Both the position numbers and the translations under genes were made by a program. This document shows, in pieces, positions 59,166-64,000 of a DNA stretch of 64,000 bases (the first letter of the stretch is position 1; the number at the start of each line of letters is the position of its first letter). The notes beneath the pieces were generated by a model. That model made no database searches. It had not been told where the DNA came from and worked only from the letters and a program-made list of their open reading frames with translations. The stretch spans positions 2,092 to 66,091 of the forward strand of contig NZ_CANMNP010000021.1 of NCBI RefSeq assembly GCF_947499295.1. Reading direction: 5' to 3'. The DNA is from an uncultured Roseibium sp. GTDB lineage: Bacteria > Pseudomonadota > Alphaproteobacteria > Rhizobiales > Stappiaceae.

Positions 59166-60095
59166 ATGAAACACCTTCAAACACTCAAGCTGATCGACGC
59201 GGTGAACAAGGCAGGCTCCATTCGCAAGGCCGCCGAAGACATGAACATCACCTCGTCCGCCCTGAATAGGCGCATCCTGGGGTTCGAGGAGGAATTCGGC
59301 GCACCCATTTTCGAGCGTCTGCATGGCGGCGTACGCCTCAACCCGGCCGGCGAGCTGCTGATCCAGCACATCCGCGGCCAGATCGCCGATCTCGAGCGGG
59401 TCCGCAGCCAGGTGGCCGACCTGTCGGGCCTGCGCCGCGGCCATGTCAGCATCGCTTGTTCCCAGGCGATTCAGCCCTATTTCATGCCAGCCCAGATTGC
59501 CGCCTACCGGGCGGAACATCCCAGCGTCTCCTTCTCCGTCCACGTGCGCGACCGGGATGCGGCGGAAGAAGACCTACGCGCCTTCGAAAGCGACCTCGCC
59601 CTCGTATTCGAACCGGTTCACCTGGGAGATTTCGATGTGCTCCTCTCGGTGGAACAGCCGGTTTACGCGGTCATGGCCAGGGACCATCCCCTTGCGGCGA
59701 AGGAAAAGCTCCGCCTGCGGGACTGCCTAGGCTTTCCGCACATTGTTCCGCCGAAGCGGATCGGCATCCGCTACCTTCTCGACCTTGCCGTTGCCAGCAT
59801 GAGCCAGAAGATGGAGCCGACCGCAGAAGCCGATTCCTTTGAATTCATGCGTCACTATGTGCAGCAGGAAGCGGCCGTCGGCTTCCAGTTCCCCATCGGG
59901 CTCAACCTGTCCGGCGATGACCGCCTGACCTTCCGCCCGCTCGCCAAGGAAGACGTGCCCTATGGCAACCTGACCCTGATGCAGATGCGTGGCCGGACCC
60001 TGTCCGTCGCCTCGGCTCGATTCGCCAACCAGCTTGCGGCGGCCCTCAACAGCTTGCCGAACGAACTGATCAGGCTTGCCCGGCAATCGCGTTGA
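59166..60095 (+). CDS. LysR-family transcriptional regulator
   Basis: GSIRKAAEDMNITSSALNRRI HTH. Divergent from the dpp-atzF operon. Start at ATG 59166. Confidence 0.92.
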   Translation: MKHLQTLKLIDAVNKAGSIRKAAEDMNITSSALNRRILGFEEEFGAPIFERLHGGVRLNPAGELLIQHIRGQIADLERVRSQVADLSGLRRGHVSIACSQAIQPYFMPAQIAAYRAEHPSVSFSVHVRDRDAAEEDLRAFESDLALVFEPVHLGDFDVLLSVEQPVYAVMARDHPLAAKEKLRLRDCLGFPHIVPPKRIGIRYLLDLAVASMSQKMEPTAEADSFEFMRHYVQQEAAVGFQFPIGLNLSGDDRLTFRPLAKEDVPYGNLTLMQMRGRTLSVASARFANQLAAALNSLPNELIRLARQSR

Positions 60096-61638
60096 ACCGG
60101 TAAGACGGCGGGCTCGTCTCCGGATAGCGGGCTTCGAACCAGTCCGCCATGTATCGGACAAGGCGCGCCGTTCGGTTCCGTGCTTCCATTTCGGACACAG
60201 TGAAGGGCGCGGACAGCAAGGCGCCTATTTCCTCAAGAACCATGTCTCGGTCTATCGAGATCACCCTGCCATCGGCGACGACCTTGCAGCCGCCGACAAA
60301 GACCGTCCGCGCGGCCATCTGCCTGCTGCGCTGCAGGACCGCATCTACCAGAGGCACACTGTCATCTATGAAAGGACGGGCAATGTCGGCCCAGTCGACC
60401 AGGACAACGTCCGCCGCCTTGCCAGCGTCCAGTCGCCCGATACGCCCCTCGAAGCCCGTGCTCGCCGCGCCGTGTTCCGTCGCCATCCTGAAAACATGCC
60501 CGGCAGACGGGCGGAAGGTGTCCAACCCCGGCTCCCGGTGCAGCGCCCAGGCCAGCCGCATCTCCTGAAGCATGTCGCGGTCATCGTTGATCCCGGCCTG
60601 GTCGATGCCGAGGCAGACGGGCACACCCCTCTTCAGCATCTCGTTGACAGGCGCGATGCCGCTGGCTAGACGCAGGCCCGAACTGGCATTGTGACAGATG
60701 GTACAGCCGCAGTTGCGAACGAGGTCAAGGTCTTCCGGGTCGGTCCAGATGCCGTGGCCGAGCGTAAGGTTGCCTGTCAGACAGCCGAGATCCGCAAGAT
60801 GGCGAATGGCTGACTTGCCATAGGTCCGCCGGGCAAATTCCGCCTGCAGCCGGGTTTCCACCAAATGCATGTGGATCTTCGAACCCGTGCGTGCCGCCGT
60901 GTCGAAAATGGCACTCAGGCAGTCATCTGAGCACCAGTGCAGGTTGGCCGGTGCGAGCTGCCAGGACACCCCGTCCGGATCCGATTTTGCCCAGACAGTC
61001 TTTTGCTCCTCGAACCAGCTCATGTGGGATAAGATCGGCGCCTTGCTCGCGGCAAGCTTCGGCCGCCAGTAGGCAGCCTCATCTTCCGGTAATCCGGACA
61101 GGAACGGTTCGTCGTCTTCGTGAACGAGCTGGTTGCGGTCCCGGATCATGAAGGAGAAGGACACTCGCATACCGATGTCGCGATAGGCCCCGATCACCTT
61201 GTTTGACAGATTGGTCCAGGTGTCCGGTTCACCTGTAAGGCCGGGGTGAATATGCTGGACCGTCGTCGTACCTGATTCCAGCATCTCGATCGCCGAATAG
61301 AGCGTGTCGAGCCTGTGCCCTACATAACGCATGCCCCGGAACTGCGGCAGCCAAAGCTCCAGCGGCCCGTAGGGAACCCCGAGCTGGAGCGGCGTCAGCC
61401 CCGAATGGTGATGGCTGTTGACGAGGCCTGGAAAGGCAATTGCGTCAGGCCCACCCTCGACCGGCAGGTCCGGATGGTCGGTGCGCAGATCCTCAAAGGG
61501 TTTCACGGCGACGACAAGCCCGTCCCGGACATGGATAGCCGCGCCTTCGATCACCTCACCAGTTGAGGCATCGTCGACGCCGGTGATCGTGGCACAGGTA
61601 CGGATCAGGAATTCCCGGTCGGCCGGACAGTCACTCAT
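60070..61638 (-). CDS. Metal-dependent amidohydrolase (AtzA/TrzA/8-oxoguanine deaminase-like, COG0402)
   Basis: GLVNSHHH, IHMHLVET, LGHGIW and CLGIDQAG motifs. Start at ATG 61638. Confidence 0.85.
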   Translation of the reverse strand: MSDCPADREFLIRTCATITGVDDASTGEVIEGAAIHVRDGLVVAVKPFEDLRTDHPDLPVEGGPDAIAFPGLVNSHHHSGLTPLQLGVPYGPLELWLPQFRGMRYVGHRLDTLYSAIEMLESGTTTVQHIHPGLTGEPDTWTNLSNKVIGAYRDIGMRVSFSFMIRDRNQLVHEDDEPFLSGLPEDEAAYWRPKLAASKAPILSHMSWFEEQKTVWAKSDPDGVSWQLAPANLHWCSDDCLSAIFDTAARTGSKIHMHLVETRLQAEFARRTYGKSAIRHLADLGCLTGNLTLGHGIWTDPEDLDLVRNCGCTICHNASSGLRLASGIAPVNEMLKRGVPVCLGIDQAGINDDRDMLQEMRLAWALHREPGLDTFRPSAGHVFRMATEHGAASTGFEGRIGRLDAGKAADVVLVDWADIARPFIDDSVPLVDAVLQRSRQMAARTVFVGGCKVVADGRVISIDRDMVLEEIGALLSAPFTVSEMEARNRTARLVRYMADWFEARYPETSPPSYRFNAIAGQA

Positions 61639-61721
61639 GCCCCTTGTCCCCATGCTGTGCGGCACATTCCTTCAGCGCGCCGCAGCAGTGCTTCCCGGCT
61701 GTCCGCCTGCCTGCCCGCGAC

Positions 61722-61763
61722 CGTTCTATCGACCAGCTCCATCTGCTGCTGGTTGATAGAACG
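61722..61763. repeat. 16-bp inverted repeat (one mismatch) in the intergenic gap
   Basis: CGTTCTATCGACCAGC (61722-61737) / GCTGGTTGATAGAACG (61748-61763). Confidence 0.7.
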
Positions 61764-61929
61764 ACAATCGCGTGTCGTCTCGCATCTCCGGAAGCCATGC
61801 CTACCTCATTTTGTGTACTCGAAACTTTTCTTCAGTATCGGCGATTGCAAGCTATTCGCATCAGGAATGGTTCTTTGCCGAGGAAGGCACGCTCCGGGAG
61901 CGTGGATCGGTTTTTCTTGTCCGGAATTG

Positions 61930-63189
61930 TCAAACGGTCTCCGTTTCGACCTCGTGTCCCTGGACCGTCTCCGGCGCCAGCAGCCGCGCTACCGGCTGTT
62001 CGAAGCTGATGCGTCCCAGCTTCATGCCCCAGCTAGGCCGCGCAATCTCGGCGATCGCCTGTGCGCCCGTCTCGGCGGGCAAGGCGACGAAAGTCGCCTC
62101 TTCGCCGACCACCAATGAACGGGGCCGGCTGATCAGCTGCATGGGCGCCGCCGTGACCATATCGAAACAGGCTTCCAGCTCGGTCGCTGTGCTCAGCTGA
62201 TGCACATTGGCATAAAGATTGGCCACGCGCGTCAGCGAACAGTCGCCATAAGGCGTGAACGGGTTGAGCACATTGTTGGTCGCGACTGTGCAACAGACAC
62301 CGGCAGCATGGAATACATGCGCCGGCGCGACACCCCGCGGAACAAGATGATCGCGGTTCCGACCCATCAGGAAGAGATCCGTTACCGGCAGCACCGTCAG
62401 AGCGATGCCGGCGTCCTTCATCAGCAGGACAGACTCCCGAAGCTGGCGCGGCGGCAAGGCCGACAGCTTGGTGACATGGCCAATGGCGACCCTGCCCTGC
62501 CAGGCGAAGGCGATGGCCTGGCGCGCGATCTCGTCCAAATGCCGCCAGCCTGGATCCAGATCAAAATCCAGATGAAAATCCAGATCAACGTCATGGCGCG
62601 TTGCCATCTCGAACAGGAGCCGGATCTGGGCATTCGGATCGGTGTCGGTATAGGGACAGCCACCGAGCACATCCGCCCCTTTCGAAAGCGCCGCCTCGAG
62701 CAGTTCCTCAGTTCCCGGATTGTTGGTCATGCCTTCCTGAGGAAAGACGCATATCTGCAGGTCGAGCGCCCAGGCAAAGTCCCGTTTCAGCCGCAGAACG
62801 GCATTAAAACCGGTCAGGCCGATCACCGGATCGATCTCGACATGGGTGCGCATGGCGTTGGTGCCCTGGACGATCGCCTTCTTAAGAACCCTGGCACCGC
62901 GCGCGTGGACATCCTCCTCCGTGAAGCCCATCTTCGCCACTCCGACAGAGGCGATCGCCCCCTCAAGCGTACCTGTCTCGTTGTGACAGCGGTCCAGGAT
63001 ACAGGCCTTGTCGAGATGAATATGGCTTTCGACGAACCCGGGCGTCAGCAGCGCCCCGTTGCCTGAAACCTGCCGGACGTCGGTCACGATACGCGGCCCG
63101 ATTGCCGCGATCAGGCCATTGCGGACGAGAAGATCCACGCGGGACGCATGATCCGGAAGCCTGACGTCACGAATGACGCATTCACTCAT
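61930..63189 (-). CDS. Cytosine deaminase-like (CodA fold) amidohydrolase
   Basis: GFVESHIHLDKA, RTHVE, VFPQEG, DFHLD, IGHVTKL and TNNVLNPFTPYG motifs. Confidence 0.85.
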   Translation of the reverse strand: MSECVIRDVRLPDHASRVDLLVRNGLIAAIGPRIVTDVRQVSGNGALLTPGFVESHIHLDKACILDRCHNETGTLEGAIASVGVAKMGFTEEDVHARGARVLKKAIVQGTNAMRTHVEIDPVIGLTGFNAVLRLKRDFAWALDLQICVFPQEGMTNNPGTEELLEAALSKGADVLGGCPYTDTDPNAQIRLLFEMATRHDVDLDFHLDFDLDPGWRHLDEIARQAIAFAWQGRVAIGHVTKLSALPPRQLRESVLLMKDAGIALTVLPVTDLFLMGRNRDHLVPRGVAPAHVFHAAGVCCTVATNNVLNPFTPYGDCSLTRVANLYANVHQLSTATELEACFDMVTAAPMQLISRPRSLVVGEEATFVALPAETGAQAIAEIARPSWGMKLGRISFEQPVARLLAPETVQGHEVETETV

Positions 63190-64000
63190 GCAATGGCCTC
63201 CTTTACAGCTTCGTCCGGTTCGCCGCCCCCCAGATAGGCTGCCGTCAGACGCGGGTCGGCGGAGAGCTCGCCGGCCGGCCCTTCGACGACCACCCTGCCC
63301 TGTTCAAGCACATAGGCGTAGTCGGCGACCGACAGCGCCATGGTCGCCATCTGGTCGACCAGAAGGATGGTCTTGCCTTCGTCCCGCAGCTCCCCAAGAA
63401 TGGCATATAGCTCGTTGACCATAGCCGGCGCCAACCCCAGCGATGGCTCGTCCAGCAGCAGGATTTCAGGCTTGGCCATGAGCCCCCGTGCAATTGCCAT
63501 CATTTGCTGCTCGCCCCCGGACAGCAGTCCGGCGCGGCTGAAAAGCCGATCCTTGAGGCGCGGAAACCGGTCCAGGTGGGCCGCGATTTCGTCCTGCGAT
63601 ATGTCCTTGCGGCGTTTGTAGGCACCAAGTTCGATATTCTCCAGAACGGTGAGTTCGGGAAACACCTGGCGCCCTTCGGGCACCAGCACCAGACCGCGTT
63701 TCACCAGATCATGCGGCGCCAGGTCATGGACCGCGGCATCGTTCAGAATGATCCGGCCGCCGACGGGCCGGTGCAGTCCGGCAAGTGCCGACAGGAAAGT
63801 GGATTTGCCTGCACCGTTCGCACCCAGAAGCGCAACCATCTCGCCGGGACGCACCTTCACGGAGACCTCTGTCAGGACAGGCGCCGCGCCGTAGCCCGCG
63901 GTCAACCTGAGGGTCGACAGGACAGGTGTCTCCACCGTCTCGAGCAGTACGGAACGCGGATGGGCCGAAGACGATCCATCACCCAGATAGGCGGCGATAA
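63186..64000 (-). CDS. Fused LivG-LivF-type ABC ATPase (5' part outside window)
   Basis: LivF domain (GANGAGKS, LSGGEQQM). The frame stays open upstream of the GTG at 63935 to the window edge and reads IAAYLGDG..., the C-terminal motif of a preceding LivG-type domain. Confidence 0.85.
   Translation of the reverse strand, partial: IAAYLGDGSSSAHPRSVLLETVETPVLSTLRLTAGYGAAPVLTEVSVKVRPGEMVALLGANGAGKSTFLSALAGLHRPVGGRIILNDAAVHDLAPHDLVKRGLVLVPEGRQVFPELTVLENIELGAYKRRKDISQDEIAAHLDRFPRLKDRLFSRAGLLSGGEQQMMAIARGLMAKPEILLLDEPSLGLAPAMVNELYAILGELRDEGKTILLVDQMATMALSVADYAYVLEQGRVVVEGPAGELSADPRLTAAYLGGGEPDEAVKEAIA

Noticed and set aside
62554-62589. Three near-identical 12-bp tandem repeats (ATCCAGAT[C/G]AA[A/C])
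   Set aside because: They encode the VDLD-FHLD-FDLD active-site segment; a coding artefact rather than a VNTR or CRISPR.
40734-63189. Atrazine/cyanuric acid herbicide degradation locus
   Set aside because: No AtzD/TrzD-family gene is in the window, the amidohydrolases cannot be assigned as AtzA/B/C from motifs alone, and there are no flanking IS elements.
1-64000. tRNA, rRNA, CRISPR arrays, transposases, integrases
   Set aside because: None recognised by eye; a tRNAscan/Rfam/ISfinder run would be needed to exclude small or degenerate elements.

Overview
64 kb of alphaproteobacterial chromosome. Protein sequences recalled from memory point to Roseibium/Labrenzia or a relative; no database search was possible. 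It is almost entirely coding and holds four blocks. (1) 1-7 kb: a hydroxyproline-isomer catabolic operon with a divergent GntR, followed by a partial folB. (2) 8-27 kb: a LacI-controlled sugar-derivative catabolic cluster with an Afr-like reductase, CoA transferase, enoyl-CoA hydratase, ALDH, sugar ABC transporter, two GMC oxidoreductases, SDR, Dabb, DUF993, glycerate kinase and HAD. (3) 27-40.5 kb: an assimilatory nitrate/nitrite regulon (nasTS, nrtABC, nirBD, nasA, cysG) with a sigma54 promoter and a clear ANTAR/terminator leader. (4) 40.7-64 kb: an apparently more GC-rich nitrogen-scavenging island with triuret/biuret/carboxybiuret/allophanate hydrolases (TrtA, BiuH, AtzEGH, AtzF), a formamidase, a COG0212 formyl-THF cyclo-ligase paralog, a 2OG-Fe(II) oxygenase, two metal-dependent amidohydrolases, LysR and three ABC systems. 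No tRNA, rRNA, CRISPR array or transposase was seen. The two best candidates for undescribed biology are a CoA-dependent ring-opening route for 1,5-anhydrohexitols (block 2) and an N-formyl-ureide/azapyrimidine route feeding biuret catabolism (block 4). Both are inferences from gene content.
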